From an uncultured delta proteobacterium (GTDB taxonomy: Bacteria > Myxococcota > UBA727 > VGSZ01), in NCBI GenBank assembly GCA_963775425.1, contig CAVZJB010000005.1, positions 96,001 to 160,000 on the forward strand: a stretch of DNA of 64,000 nt. Direction: 5' to 3'. The first letter of the stretch is position 1; every line of letters begins with the position of its first letter. Shown one piece after another: positions 19,939-32,177 of this stretch. Below the pieces are notes generated by a model, which was not told the origin of the DNA, did no database searches, and worked only from the letters and a program-made list of their open reading frames with translations. Position numbers and translations under genes: made by a program.

Positions 19939-21432
19939 TCAGGCGCGGCCGACGGCGCGCGCCCACGTGGCGAGCTTCTTGTCGCGCGCGGCGGCCGGCA
20001 TCGACGGCGAGAACGTGGCCTGCTCGCGCCAGACGCGGCGCACGTCGTCTTTGGACTTGAACACGCCGACGGCGAGCCCGGCGAGCGCGGCCGAGCCGAG
20101 CGCCGTGGTCTCGATGACCTCGGGGCGCACGCAGCGCACGTCGAGGAGATCGGCCTGCATCTGCATGAGGAGGTCGTTGGCGGAGGCGCCGCCGTCGACC
20201 TTCAACACGGTGAGCGCGCCGGCGTCCTTCTTCATGGCGTTCAGGATGTCCACGTTTTGCAGGGCGATGCCCTCGAGGACGGCGCGCGCGACGTGGCCCT
20301 TGGTGGTGTCGCGCGTGAGGCCGCAGAGGAGGCCGCGCGCCTCGGGGCGCCAGTGCGGCGCGCCGAGGCCGGCGAGGGCGGGGACGAAGCACACGTCGCC
20401 GGCGTCGTCGACGGTGCGCGCGAGCCCCTCGATCTCGGTGGCGCGCGTGATGATGCCGAGGCCGTCGCGCAGCCACTGCACCGCCGCGCCCGCAATGAAC
20501 GCGGCGCCTTCGAGCGCGTACGTGACGTCGAGACCCTCGCCGTCCGCCTTGGGGAACGCGCACGCCACGGTGGTCAACAGGCCGTTCGACGACGGCACCG
20601 GGCGCGCGCCCGTGTTGAGCAACATGAAGGCGCCGGTGCCGTAGGTGCACTTGGCCTCGCCGGCGTCGAAGCAGGCTTGACCGAACAGCGCCGCCTGCTG
20701 ATCGCCGGCGATGCCCGCGACGGGGATGCCGTCGGGGAGGAACGACAACCCCGCGGTGCGCCCGTAGACCTCGCTCGACGAGCGCACCTCGGGGAGCGCC
20801 TGCCGCGGCACCTGGAAGAGGTCGCACAGCTCCTTGTCCCAGGTGCACGACTCGAGGTCCATGAGCAGCGTACGCGACGCGTTGGTGGCGTCGGTGATGA
20901 AGCTCTTGCCGCCGGTGAGCCGGTAGACGAGCCACGTGTCGATGGTGCCGAACAGCGCCTTGCCGCTCGCGGCCTTTTCGCGCGCGCCGGGGACGTTTTC
21001 GAGGAGCCACTCCATCTTGGTGCCGGCGAAGTACGGGTCGAAGATGAGCCCGGTCTTTCGCTTCAACATCGACTCGAGCCCGCGGCTCTTGAGCTCCGCG
21101 CAGCGCGCCGAGGTGCGGCGGTCCTGCCAGACGATGAAGTTGTGGAGGGGCGCGCCGCTGCCCGGCTCGAACAGGCAGGTGGTCTCGCGCTGGTTGGTGA
21201 TGCCGATGCCGGCGATGCTCTTCGGGTCGATGCCCGCGTCGGCGATGGCACCGGCGACGGCGGCCTCCACCGACTCCCAAATGGCCGTGGCCTCGTGCTC
21301 GACCCAGCTCGGCCGCGGAAAGACCTGCCGGAACTCCCGCGTGGCGCGGCCGCGGATGGCGAGCGCTTTGTCGACGACGAGCGCGGTGGTTCCCGTGGTG
21401 CCCTGATCGATGGCGAGGATGGTCTGTTCCAT
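19939..21432 (-). CDS. glpK: Glycerol kinase
   Basis: AIDQGTTGT, GITNQRET, IVWQDRRT, DPYFAGTK, TNASRT, GDQQAALFGQ, KCTYGTG, YALEG, VDGGAS and ETTALG motifs. Confidence 0.97.
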   Translation of the reverse strand: MEQTILAIDQGTTGTTALVVDKALAIRGRATREFRQVFPRPSWVEHEATAIWESVEAAVAGAIADAGIDPKSIAGIGITNQRETTCLFEPGSGAPLHNFIVWQDRRTSARCAELKSRGLESMLKRKTGLIFDPYFAGTKMEWLLENVPGAREKAASGKALFGTIDTWLVYRLTGGKSFITDATNASRTLLMDLESCTWDKELCDLFQVPRQALPEVRSSSEVYGRTAGLSFLPDGIPVAGIAGDQQAALFGQACFDAGEAKCTYGTGAFMLLNTGARPVPSSNGLLTTVACAFPKADGEGLDVTYALEGAAFIAGAAVQWLRDGLGIITRATEIEGLARTVDDAGDVCFVPALAGLGAPHWRPEARGLLCGLTRDTTKGHVARAVLEGIALQNVDILNAMKKDAGALTVLKVDGGASANDLLMQMQADLLDVRCVRPEVIETTALGSAALAGLAVGVFKSKDDVRRVWREQATFSPSMPAAARDKKLATWARAVGRA

Positions 21433-21626
21433 GGCGGCAGACGTTCGGCGAAGACCCCCGGACATTCAAGGGGGCGAGGCGGCGTCGGCGCCCCACGGAG
21501 CACGACGCTCTTCCAGGCGCGCGCGGCGCCGTCGTCGGCGCGCGCGAGGTCGAGGGCGAGCGGCGGCAGATGCGGCGCGCCTCGAGGGCCGACGCGGGGA
21601 AGGGAGCGCCCCGCGCCGGCCGGTTG

Positions 21627-22463
21627 TCAGCCGTCGCTCGGCGGCGGCGCGTTCGGCGGCGGCGGCGCGTTCGGCGGCGGCGGGATGAAGGGCAGGGGCT
21701 CCCCGTCGCGCACGAGCTGTTGCATGGCCGCGCGGAACGTCGCGCGCTCGTCGGCGTCGAGCGCGCCGTCGCCGTCGTCATCCCACGTGGCGATGAACGC
21801 GGCGCGCGCGGCGTCGCGCTCGTCGGCCGAGATGGCGCCGTCGCCGTCGGTGTCGAGGGCGGCGCGGTCGGCCTCGCGCTGTGCATCGAGGGACGCCTTG
21901 GCCGCGTCCCACTCGCCCTGCTCGAGGAGGCCTGAGCCGTCGGCGTCGAAGTCGGCGAGCAGCCTGGCGTTTCGGGCCTCGCAGCCGGCGGCGAGGTCGG
22001 CCTGGAGCTTGGCGCGCTCGGCGGCGTCGAGGTCGTGGGACTCGTCCTCGTCGTAGACGAGCATCAGCGGGCCGCCCGGGCCGGGCGGGCCGGCGCCGTC
22101 GTGCGGAGGAGCGCCGTGTGGCGGCGGAGCGCCGTCCGGGGGAGGAGCGCCGTCCGGTGGCGGGGCGCCGTCTTGCGGGGGCGCGCCCATGCCGCCGCCG
22201 CACGCTCCGCCGCCGCCGCCGGGAGCGGGCGGCGCGCCGAGGTCGACGCCGTCGGCGACCGGTGGCGCGCACATCGGCGGCGGGGCGTGATGGGACGACG
22301 TCGACGACCCGCTGCCGTCGGCGAGCGCCTGCTGCGCCGTCGACGTCAGGTTGCCGACGGAGTCGCACGCGACCAGCGCCGCGGCCGCCGCGAGCGTCGT
22401 CGCGGCCGCGCGCCACATCGAGCGCGCACCGCGCTTGTCTGTCTCTCTCTCTCGTTTCTTCAT
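21627..22463 (-). CDS. EF-hand-like calcium-binding lipoprotein with Pro-rich repeats
   Basis: Lipobox LVAC. DxDxDG loops (FDADGSGLLEQGE, LDTDGDGAISADE, WDDDGDGALDADE) and GAPPP repeats. Confidence 0.75.
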   Translation of the reverse strand: MKKRERETDKRGARSMWRAAATTLAAAAALVACDSVGNLTSTAQQALADGSGSSTSSHHAPPPMCAPPVADGVDLGAPPAPGGGGGACGGGMGAPPQDGAPPPDGAPPPDGAPPPHGAPPHDGAGPPGPGGPLMLVYDEDESHDLDAAERAKLQADLAAGCEARNARLLADFDADGSGLLEQGEWDAAKASLDAQREADRAALDTDGDGAISADERDAARAAFIATWDDDGDGALDADERATFRAAMQQLVRDGEPLPFIPPPPNAPPPPNAPPPSDG

Positions 22464-22665
22464 CGGATCCTCCCCGGCGCGCCCGCGGGGCTGCGCGCTG
22501 CGCCGTCACGAAGGAGTCGTTCGCGCGCGCCTGATCCGTCCCGGTGACGACGTGACGGCGCCGACACATCGCGCGTGAACGAACGCGAGCTCCGGCGTCA
22601 CCGCTCGACGGTCGTCGGGCGGCGCGCGGCGTGAACGTGCGCGGGCGTCGCGCGCGAGGTGCTTG

Positions 22666-24168
22666 TCAGGAGGAGAGCTTCACCGTCACCGTCGTGCCTC
22701 GGCCGGGATCGCTCGTCACCGACACCGTGCCGCCGTGCGCTTCGATGATGCGCTTGGACAGGACCAGGCCGAGCCCGACGCCGCCGCCTTTGCGCGAGCG
22801 GCTCCTCTCCGCGCGGAAGAAGGGCGTGAACAGGCGGGCGAGATCCTCGGGCGCGATCCCGACGCCGTGATCTTCGACGACGACGACGGCGCTCGCGCCT
22901 TCGCGGTGCGCGCGCAGGCGCACCTCGCTGCCGGCGTCGGAGTACTTGCCGGCGTTGTCGAGGAAGTTGTCGAGCGCGCGCCGCACGAGGACGGCGTCGA
23001 GCGCCAGCGACGGCGCGCCCTCGATGACCCCGATGTCGACGACGAGCACGTGCCCGGGGTGCGCCGCGCGGAACCGCGCCGCCGCGTCCTCGACGAGCGA
23101 CGCCAGCGCGACGGGCGCGGTGCGCAGCGGTGTGGTGCCGACGGCGTCGAGGCGCGCGGCGGTGAGGATGTCGCCGACGAGCTGCTCGAGCTCGCCGAGG
23201 TCCTGCTCGATGTCCGACAGCGACTCCCGCGCGGCGCCGGCGTCTCCCTCCGCCGCGAGATCGAGCGCCACGCGGATCCGCGACAGCGGCGTGCGCAGCT
23301 CGTGCGAGACGTTCGCGAGCAGCTCGCGCTCTGCCCGCCGCGCCGAGCTCACGCGCCCGGCCATCTCGTTGAACGCCTTCGCGAGCTCTGCGAAGGCGCC
23401 GGCCCTGGCGGGGTCTGCGCGCGCGTCGACGTCGCCGTCGCCGAAGGCCTGCGTGGCGCGCGCGACCTCGGCGAGCGGCCGCGACAGCGTGAACGCGAAC
23501 GCCACCGACACCAGGCCGAGGAGCACGAGCACCGCGGCCGCCAGGAGCGCGAGCTTGGTGCTCTCGTGCACGCCCGGCACCGCGACGACGGCGACGAAGC
23601 GCGCGCCCGACGGCGCCATCAGCCCGAGCGCGTAGGCGTCCTCGAGGCCGCGCACGCCCGGCGGCGGCCGGTGGTCGTCGCCGGGACCGAGGAGCCCGGG
23701 CAGGAGCGGCGGCGGCGCGTGGAGGGGGCGGTCGTCGGCGCGCGGTGCGCGATTGGGGCGACGCCGATCGAACGGGCCGTCCCGCGGCGGCCGCGGGCCG
23801 TCGCGCGCCGGGGGGGGCGGCAACGGCGGGCGCGGACCGTCGATGCCGGGCGGGGGCGGCGGCGGGCGCGCGTCGAAGGGGGGACGGAAGCGCGGCGGGT
23901 CGTCGGTGTTGGCGGCGACGAGGTGGGCGTCGTCGTCGTAGAGCGCGAGCGCGAGGCCGGCGTCGCTCTTGAGGCGCTCCACCTCGGCTGTGCGGGCGGC
24001 GGGATCGTCGAGCGCCGCCGCCAGCGGCACGAGCGCGGCGCGCACGATGCCTGGCGACGGCGGCGGCGGCGACGAGCGCGCCACGACGATGGACGCGACC
24101 ACGGCGAGCGCCACCGAGCCGAGGGCGAGCAGATAGAGGCGCCGCAGCAGGCGCTGCCACGTCGTCAC
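22666..24168 (-). CDS. HAMP-domain sensor histidine kinase
   Basis: Two TM segments, HAMP, H-box VSHELRTPL, N-box NAGKYS, DHGVGI, FTPFFR and GGVGLGL. Confidence 0.95.
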   Translation of the reverse strand: MTTWQRLLRRLYLLALGSVALAVVASIVVARSSPPPPSPGIVRAALVPLAAALDDPAARTAEVERLKSDAGLALALYDDDAHLVAANTDDPPRFRPPFDARPPPPPPGIDGPRPPLPPPPARDGPRPPRDGPFDRRRPNRAPRADDRPLHAPPPLLPGLLGPGDDHRPPPGVRGLEDAYALGLMAPSGARFVAVVAVPGVHESTKLALLAAAVLVLLGLVSVAFAFTLSRPLAEVARATQAFGDGDVDARADPARAGAFAELAKAFNEMAGRVSSARRAERELLANVSHELRTPLSRIRVALDLAAEGDAGAARESLSDIEQDLGELEQLVGDILTAARLDAVGTTPLRTAPVALASLVEDAAARFRAAHPGHVLVVDIGVIEGAPSLALDAVLVRRALDNFLDNAGKYSDAGSEVRLRAHREGASAVVVVEDHGVGIAPEDLARLFTPFFRAERSRSRKGGGVGLGLVLSKRIIEAHGGTVSVTSDPGRGTTVTVKLSS

Positions 24169-24914
24169 GCGTCCTCCGGCCCTTCGCGCTCGCTGTCGCT
24201 CACGCCCGCGAGCGCGAGCACGTAGCCTGCGCCGCGCACCGTCTTCAACAGGCGCGGGCGCTTCGGGTCGTCGCCGAGCTTCTGGCGCAGGCGCGAGATG
24301 CGTACGTCGATGGAGCGGTCGAACGCGTCCTCGGCGCTCCCCTTGGCGAGGTCGAGCAGCGCCTCCCGGGAGAGCACGCGGCCCGCGCGCTCCGCCAGCG
24401 CGCGCAGGAGCGCGAACTCGTAGGCCGTGAGCGCGACCGGTCTCCCGTCGAGCGTCGCCGACAGCGCCCCCGCGTCGAGCCGCAGCGGGCCCGCCTCGAC
24501 GACCTCGCTCTTGCCCGGCCCGCTGCCGCCGCGCGCGCGCCGCACTTGTGCGCGCACCCGCGCGAGCAGCTCGCGCGACGAGAAGGGCTTGGCGATGTAG
24601 TCGTCGGCGCCGCCCTCGAGCCCAAGCACGCGGTCGGCCTCCTCGCCGCGCGCCGTCACCATGAGGATGGGCACGTCGCTGCGCGCGCGCAGCAGCCGGC
24701 AGACCTCCACGCCGTCCTTGCCGGGCAGCATGAGGTCGAGGAGCACGGCGTCGAACGCGGCCTTCCTCTCGAGCGCCAGCGCGGTGTCGCCGTCGCCCGC
24801 GACGGTGACGACGAGGCCGTGGCTCTCGAGGTACTTCGCGGTCAAGCGCGCGAGCTTCTCGTCGTCCTCGACGAGCAGCACGCGGATGGGCGCACCGGAG
24901 CTCTCCACGCTCAC
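24165..24914 (-). CDS. OmpR/PhoB-family response regulator
   Basis: VLLVEDD, LLDLMLP, ADDYIAKPF and RSIDVRISRLRQKL...KTVRGAGY. Confidence 0.95.
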   Translation of the reverse strand: MSVESSGAPIRVLLVEDDEKLARLTAKYLESHGLVVTVAGDGDTALALERKAAFDAVLLDLMLPGKDGVEVCRLLRARSDVPILMVTARGEEADRVLGLEGGADDYIAKPFSSRELLARVRAQVRRARGGSGPGKSEVVEAGPLRLDAGALSATLDGRPVALTAYEFALLRALAERAGRVLSREALLDLAKGSAEDAFDRSIDVRISRLRQKLGDDPKRPRLLKTVRGAGYVLALAGVSDSEREGPEDA

Positions 24915-25498
24915 CACTGTAGTGCCTCGAGGGCGCGGCGCGCCCGCCGCCGCCCGCGGTGCAGGCGGGACTCGACGGTGCCGACGGCGACACCCAGCGC
25001 GGCCGCGATCTCCCGTGCCGAGAGCCCCTCCGCGTGAAGCACGAGCACCGCGCGCTGGCCCGCGGGCAGCGACGCGAGCGCGCGCTCGAGGTGCGCGCGG
25101 TCCTCCGACGACGCCGCGCGCTGGTGGACCGACGGCGCCTCGTCGACGACGTCGTCGAGGTCGTCGCCGATCAACACTGCGCGCTCGCGCGAGAGGGTGC
25201 GCAGGCGATCGACGGCGGCGTGGTGCGCGATACGCGCGATCCAGCCCTGGAGCGCGCGCGGATCGCGCAGCCCGGTGAGGCCCTCGTACACGCGCGCGTA
25301 CGTCTCCTGCATGACGTCCTCGGCGTCGGCCTCGTTGCGCATCACCCGCAGCGCCACGGCGCGCACCCTCCGGCACGACGTCGCCACCAGCTCCGCGAAC
25401 GCGGCGCCTCCTGTGGGCGCGCCCCCGGGGCCCCTCGGGGCGCGCGGCGCGCCGCCGTCTCTGTCGGCTCCGGGCTTCGGCGGCGTCTGCTTGCGCAT
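24911..25498 (-). CDS. ECF-family RNA polymerase sigma factor
   Basis: DAEDVMQET, WIARIA (region 2) and EGLSAREIAAALGVAVGTVESRLHRGR (region 4). Confidence 0.93.
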   Translation of the reverse strand: MRKQTPPKPGADRDGGAPRAPRGPGGAPTGGAAFAELVATSCRRVRAVALRVMRNEADAEDVMQETYARVYEGLTGLRDPRALQGWIARIAHHAAVDRLRTLSRERAVLIGDDLDDVVDEAPSVHQRAASSEDRAHLERALASLPAGQRAVLVLHAEGLSAREIAAALGVAVGTVESRLHRGRRRARRALEALQW

Positions 25499-25643
25499 GC
25501 GGGCACCGTACGAAGGGCGCGTTTCAGCAACGTTTCGGCTCGATGTCGTGTTGTGCCGTGACCCGGCGCACGGCGTCGGACCGGGCGCGCCGCGCGCGGA
25601 TGCTCGCGATCGCTTGCCGCGCTGCGTGAGCTAGGCTGCCCCC

Positions 25644-25958
25644 ATGAGCCTCGAGCCTTCGTCGGCGGCGGCGGCGCCCTCCGGCCTGCCCACACAGCAC
25701 AAGGGCGTACACGTCCCCGACGTGCCCACCCACCTCGCGGCTTCGGTGCTCTCCGCGCTCTTCTGCGTGGGCGACGGCGACCCCGAGGGCGCCCGCGACG
25801 CCTCGCGCAAGGCGCGCCTGTGGTTGTTCGCCGGGCCGGTCGCGGGGGCGGTGTGCATGTGCGTGGTCGCGGCCGTCACGCTCCTCGATCAAACGCGGCC
25901 GCTCCCTCCGGTCGCTGATCAGCTCCTCGGCGAGCACCTCTCCGGTTTGCACCCGTGA
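25644..25958 (+). CDS. CD225/dispanin-family protein, apparently internally deleted
   Basis: PTHLAASVLSALFC and GDPEGARDASRKARLW are present, but the central CLPxGIVAIxYA hydrophobic block is missing. Paired with DUF2752. Confidence 0.55.
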   Translation: MSLEPSSAAAAPSGLPTQHKGVHVPDVPTHLAASVLSALFCVGDGDPEGARDASRKARLWLFAGPVAGAVCMCVVAAVTLLDQTRPLPPVADQLLGEHLSGLHP

Positions 25959-26371
25959 CGCCCCGCGCGCGCCGGGCCCTCGTCGTCGCCTGCGCCGCCG
26001 CCGGGTGCGCGGTCGTCCTCGCGCTCGTGTACGCCTACGATCCGTCGACGACGAAGGGCTTGTTCCCGCCCTGCATCTTCCACTGGGCCACGGGGCTTCA
26101 GTGCCCCGGCTGCGGCGCCACGCGCGCGATGCACGCGCTCCTGCACGGCGACGTTCGCACCGCCTTCGCCTTCAACCCGCTCTTCGTCGTCGCGCTGCCG
26201 TTCGCGCTCGCGTGGGGCGTCCGTGAGGCCATCTCGATCCTCGCCGCCGCTCCCGCGCGTCGCCGCCTGTCGCCGCGCGCCGTCGGCGTGACGATCGTCG
26301 TGCTCATCGCGTACGGCGTGGTGCGCAACATCCTCCACGTGTGATCAGCGCGGCCGCTCCCTCCGGTCGCT
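25894..26371. repeat. 23-bp direct repeat pair (hairpin-forming, REP-like)
   Basis: CGCGGCCGCTCCCTCCGGTCGCT at 25894-25916 and 26349-26371. Confidence 0.8.
25955..26344 (+). CDS. DUF2752 membrane protein
   Basis: FPPCIFHWATGLQCPGCGATRAMHALLHGD...AFAFNPL and C-terminal YGVVRNI. Confidence 0.9.
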   Translation: MTPRARRALVVACAAAGCAVVLALVYAYDPSTTKGLFPPCIFHWATGLQCPGCGATRAMHALLHGDVRTAFAFNPLFVVALPFALAWGVREAISILAAAPARRRLSPRAVGVTIVVLIAYGVVRNILHV

Positions 26372-26405
26372 TGACTCAGGGCGCTGATCTCCGCGGGTTT
26401 CACGT

Positions 26406-27245
26406 ATGATCGCGCATGCCCGGCCGGAACCGCAGATGACGCTCGCCGCCGCCCTCGTCTTCGCCCTCGTCGCCCAGGCCCCGCCCGCCGACGCCGCTGC
26501 CCCGTCCGCCGCCGCGTCGCCGCCCGCTGCGCCGCCCGCCCCCGAGCGCTGCAAGATCGTCGTGCTGAACCTCGTCGGGCGCTCGTTGCCGCCGGCGGAC
26601 AAGGATCTACCCGCGCTCCTCACCGAGACGCTCGCGAGCGAGGTCGAGACGGCGTCGGGTTGCGGCGTCGTCAGCCAGGCCGACATCGTGTCGATGCTCG
26701 ACTACGAAAAGCAAAAGGCCGTCTGCTCCGACGGCAGCGACTCGTGCCTCGCCGAGATCGGTCAGGCGCTCGGCGCCGACCGCGTGGTGGCCGGCACCGT
26801 CGGCAAGCTCGGCGCGGAGACCATCCTCACGGCGCGCTTGATGAACGTGAAGAAGGGCGTGGTCGAGCAGCGCGCGGAGCAGACGGTGCAGGGCGCCCCC
26901 GAGAAGCTCCGGCGCGCGGCGAAGAACGTCGGCCGCAGGCTGTTCGGCGTCGCCGACCTCCCCGACGACGCCAAGGTCGACGACACCCCGCTGTCGAGCG
27001 GCGCGTCGTCGGGCGGCGGCGCGCTCGTGTGGACGGGCGTCGTCGTCGGCGGCGCCGGCGTCGTCGCCGTCGCCGTCGGAGGGACGCTCGCTGTCCTCGC
27101 GGAGAACCAGCTCGCCGACCCCCACGTCTCCGGCAAGAACAAGACGGAGGCCCACGACGAAGGCCTCATCGCCCTCGGCGTGGCCGGCGCTGGCGCCCTC
27201 GTCGGCGTCGGCGGCGCCGTCGTCGCCCTCGTGTCCATGGAGTGA
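26406..27245 (+). CDS. Exported protein with TolB-N/CsgG-like domain and C-terminal hydrophobic segments
   Basis: Signal peptide and IVVLNL...LLTETLASE...SCLAEIGQALGADRVVAGTVGKLG...LTARLM. Confidence 0.6.
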   Translation: MIAHARPEPQMTLAAALVFALVAQAPPADAAAPSAAASPPAAPPAPERCKIVVLNLVGRSLPPADKDLPALLTETLASEVETASGCGVVSQADIVSMLDYEKQKAVCSDGSDSCLAEIGQALGADRVVAGTVGKLGAETILTARLMNVKKGVVEQRAEQTVQGAPEKLRRAAKNVGRRLFGVADLPDDAKVDDTPLSSGASSGGGALVWTGVVVGGAGVVAVAVGGTLAVLAENQLADPHVSGKNKTEAHDEGLIALGVAGAGALVGVGGAVVALVSME

Positions 27246-28543
27246 TGCGCATGCAGATTCCCGCGTCCCCCTCTCGTCTCCTGCTCGCGTCGTGCGCGGT
27301 CGTCGCGCTCGCGCCGGGCTGCCGCTTGCTCGGCTTCCAAGGCGACGCCTGCGATCCCGCCGACGCCACCACCTGCCCGAGCGCCGAGGTGTGCAACCAG
27401 AACGGCGAGTGCGTGCGCGCCGGCGGCGAAGGCGAAGGCGAAGGCGAGGGAGAGGGCGAAGGCGAAGGCGAAGGCGAAGGCGAAGGCGAAGGCGACGGGC
27501 CGATCACCACCGTCGACGGCGAGGCCAACGTCACGCTCCTCGCCGTCACCAGCGACGGCACGCTGTTTTGGGCGACGGGCGCGGCGCCGGGGTGCATCCG
27601 GCGGCTGCCGCTCGGGGGGACGGCGGAGAACGTCGCGTGCGAGGCGTCGCTGCCCGTCAGCGGGCTGACGCTCATCGACGACGACGTCGTCTGGGCCGCC
27701 GACGGCGCGGGCGTCGCCGACTTCGTGCGCGCGACGCCGCAGGACGCGGCGGCGAGCGACACGCCCACGGTGCTCGCCACCGACATCGACGTCGCGCCGC
27801 TGTCGCGCGGCCCCAACGCGCTCGACGCGGCCGATCACGGCGACGGCACGCAGTCGATCCTCGTGGCGCGTGAGGGCAGCGACGCCAACGCCACGCGCAT
27901 CGTCCGCGCCCCCGGCGGGGCGGCGCAGTACCGCATCGACTACTTCGACACCGGCATCTTCTTCAACGACGCCACCGCCGCCGTGATGCTCCCCGACGGC
28001 ACCGCCGACGCAGGCGGCGCGGCGTTCGTCGGCTGCAACTTCGAGGGCGGCGCGACGTTCGCGTTCCGCGCGACGCGCGGCGAGGACTCTCAAGGCGGGT
28101 TCAACTTCGACGGCACCGCGGATCAGACGCCGGCGAATTCGCCGCCGGGGCAGGTCGTCGCCGTGGCACCCCTCGACGACAACCATGCCAACATCGTGTT
28201 CGCCACCGTGAACGACGACGACAGCGGCGCCCTCGTGAAGATGAGCACGGGCGACACCTTCAACCCCGTCGAGCTCGCGGCCGCCGCGGACCCCGACAAC
28301 CCGCGCGTGCACGCCTCCGGCCTCGCGACGGACGGCTTCTTCGTCTACTACCCCACCGCCGGCACCGTGGCGGGCGGCCACAGCTTCGGCGTGTTCCGCC
28401 TCGACCTCTTCACCGCCGGCGCCGTGCCCGAGCGCCTCGCCGACATCGACGTCGAGGGCGGCGGCGTCGCCGTGGACCGCGGCACGCTCTACTGGGCCGA
28501 GCCCGGCGCCAACCGCATCCGCCAGCTCACGCTCTCGCCGTAG
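27245..28543 (+). CDS. Lipoprotein with Cys-rich module, (GE)n linker and beta-propeller-like domain
   Basis: Lipobox LAPGC, CDP....TCPSAEVCNQNGECV, and LFWA / VVWA / LAT..FVYY / VAVD..TLYWA blade motifs. Confidence 0.7.
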   Translation: MRMQIPASPSRLLLASCAVVALAPGCRLLGFQGDACDPADATTCPSAEVCNQNGECVRAGGEGEGEGEGEGEGEGEGEGEGEGDGPITTVDGEANVTLLAVTSDGTLFWATGAAPGCIRRLPLGGTAENVACEASLPVSGLTLIDDDVVWAADGAGVADFVRATPQDAAASDTPTVLATDIDVAPLSRGPNALDAADHGDGTQSILVAREGSDANATRIVRAPGGAAQYRIDYFDTGIFFNDATAAVMLPDGTADAGGAAFVGCNFEGGATFAFRATRGEDSQGGFNFDGTADQTPANSPPGQVVAVAPLDDNHANIVFATVNDDDSGALVKMSTGDTFNPVELAAAADPDNPRVHASGLATDGFFVYYPTAGTVAGGHSFGVFRLDLFTAGAVPERLADIDVEGGGVAVDRGTLYWAEPGANRIRQLTLSP

Positions 28544-28556
28544 GGGAGCGCCGCCC

Positions 28557-29300
28557 CTACCTCTGTGGTGAGGGCGCCAGCGGGACACCGAGGCGGGCGG
28601 CGACGGCGCGGGCCCGATCGACGCGCTCGCGGGCGGTGCGGCCCGCGGCGGGCATCGAGCGAAGCGCCTCCATCGCCTCCAAGGCGATCGCGCGCGCCGT
28701 GCCCGCCGGCCCGCTTCGGGCCTCGCCGAGGGCGACGAACGCGGCGAGCACCGCGTCGACGCGGGCGGGGTCGGCGTCGAGCCAGGCGCCGACGGGGCGC
28801 GCCTGTTCGAGGCCGAGCGCGTTCACGGCGAGGATGAAGGCGTACTTGGCGACCAGCTCGGTCTCGAGCGCAGAAAAGCCGTGCAGCTCCACGCACGGCA
28901 CGTCGAGCGCGCGCTGCGCCTCGCAGATGAATCCGGCGTGGCGCCCGAACACGTGCGTGGCGCGGCCGACCTCGACGGGGCGGCCCTTCTTCACGGTCGA
29001 CCACACGACGGCGATGGTGGGCTCGGCGTCGCCGAGCGCCGCCTGCCACACCTCCGGGAAGAGCTCGTTTTGCACGAGCACGACGTCGCCGCGCCGCTCG
29101 ATGGGCACCTGCGCGAGCACGCCGGGCAGCGCAGCCTCGCCGACGGCCACGACGATTGGCGCCCCAGGCGCCACATCCGCGAGCGCCACGACGATGGAGT
29201 CCCCGCGCCGCACCGGCGTCACGCGCACGCCGCAGGCGACGGCCCCGCCGGCGAAGAACCGCCCGAGCTGGCCGACGCCGACGATCACGCAATCGCGCAC
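28557..29300 (-). CDS. Rossmann-like (ketopantoate-reductase-like) hypothetical protein
   Basis: VIVGVGQLG dinucleotide-binding motif, VLVQNEL, ELVAKYAFILAVNALG. Confidence 0.55.
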   Translation of the reverse strand: MRDCVIVGVGQLGRFFAGGAVACGVRVTPVRRGDSIVVALADVAPGAPIVVAVGEAALPGVLAQVPIERRGDVVLVQNELFPEVWQAALGDAEPTIAVVWSTVKKGRPVEVGRATHVFGRHAGFICEAQRALDVPCVELHGFSALETELVAKYAFILAVNALGLEQARPVGAWLDADPARVDAVLAAFVALGEARSGPAGTARAIALEAMEALRSMPAAGRTARERVDRARAVAARLGVPLAPSPQR

Positions 29301-29367
29301 TTCAAGCCCCCACCGGCTCCCCGCGGCGGACGCGCCGCCGCGCCACGTGCAGGGAGCGCCGCGGCCA

Positions 29368-31923
<2,556 letters not shown>

Positions 31924-32177
31924 TCAGTGCGCGGTGACGTCGTGGATGTAGCAAGATCGGCCTCGAAAACACAGTGAAATTCGCCGCGCGAAGACCCCGG
32001 TCTTCCGTCGACAAACCCACGGTTGGGCCCTTGACTTTTGCGCGCGCTGCGGCTCCGAAAATGCGGCCTCCATGAGCGCCCGTCGAGGCCCCGTCGTGGT
32101 GGCGCGCGCGTGCGTGCCTGCCGCGATCGACGCGTGGGTCGCGAGCGGCGGCCGCGCAGAGGAGTCGCCGCGCTCGA

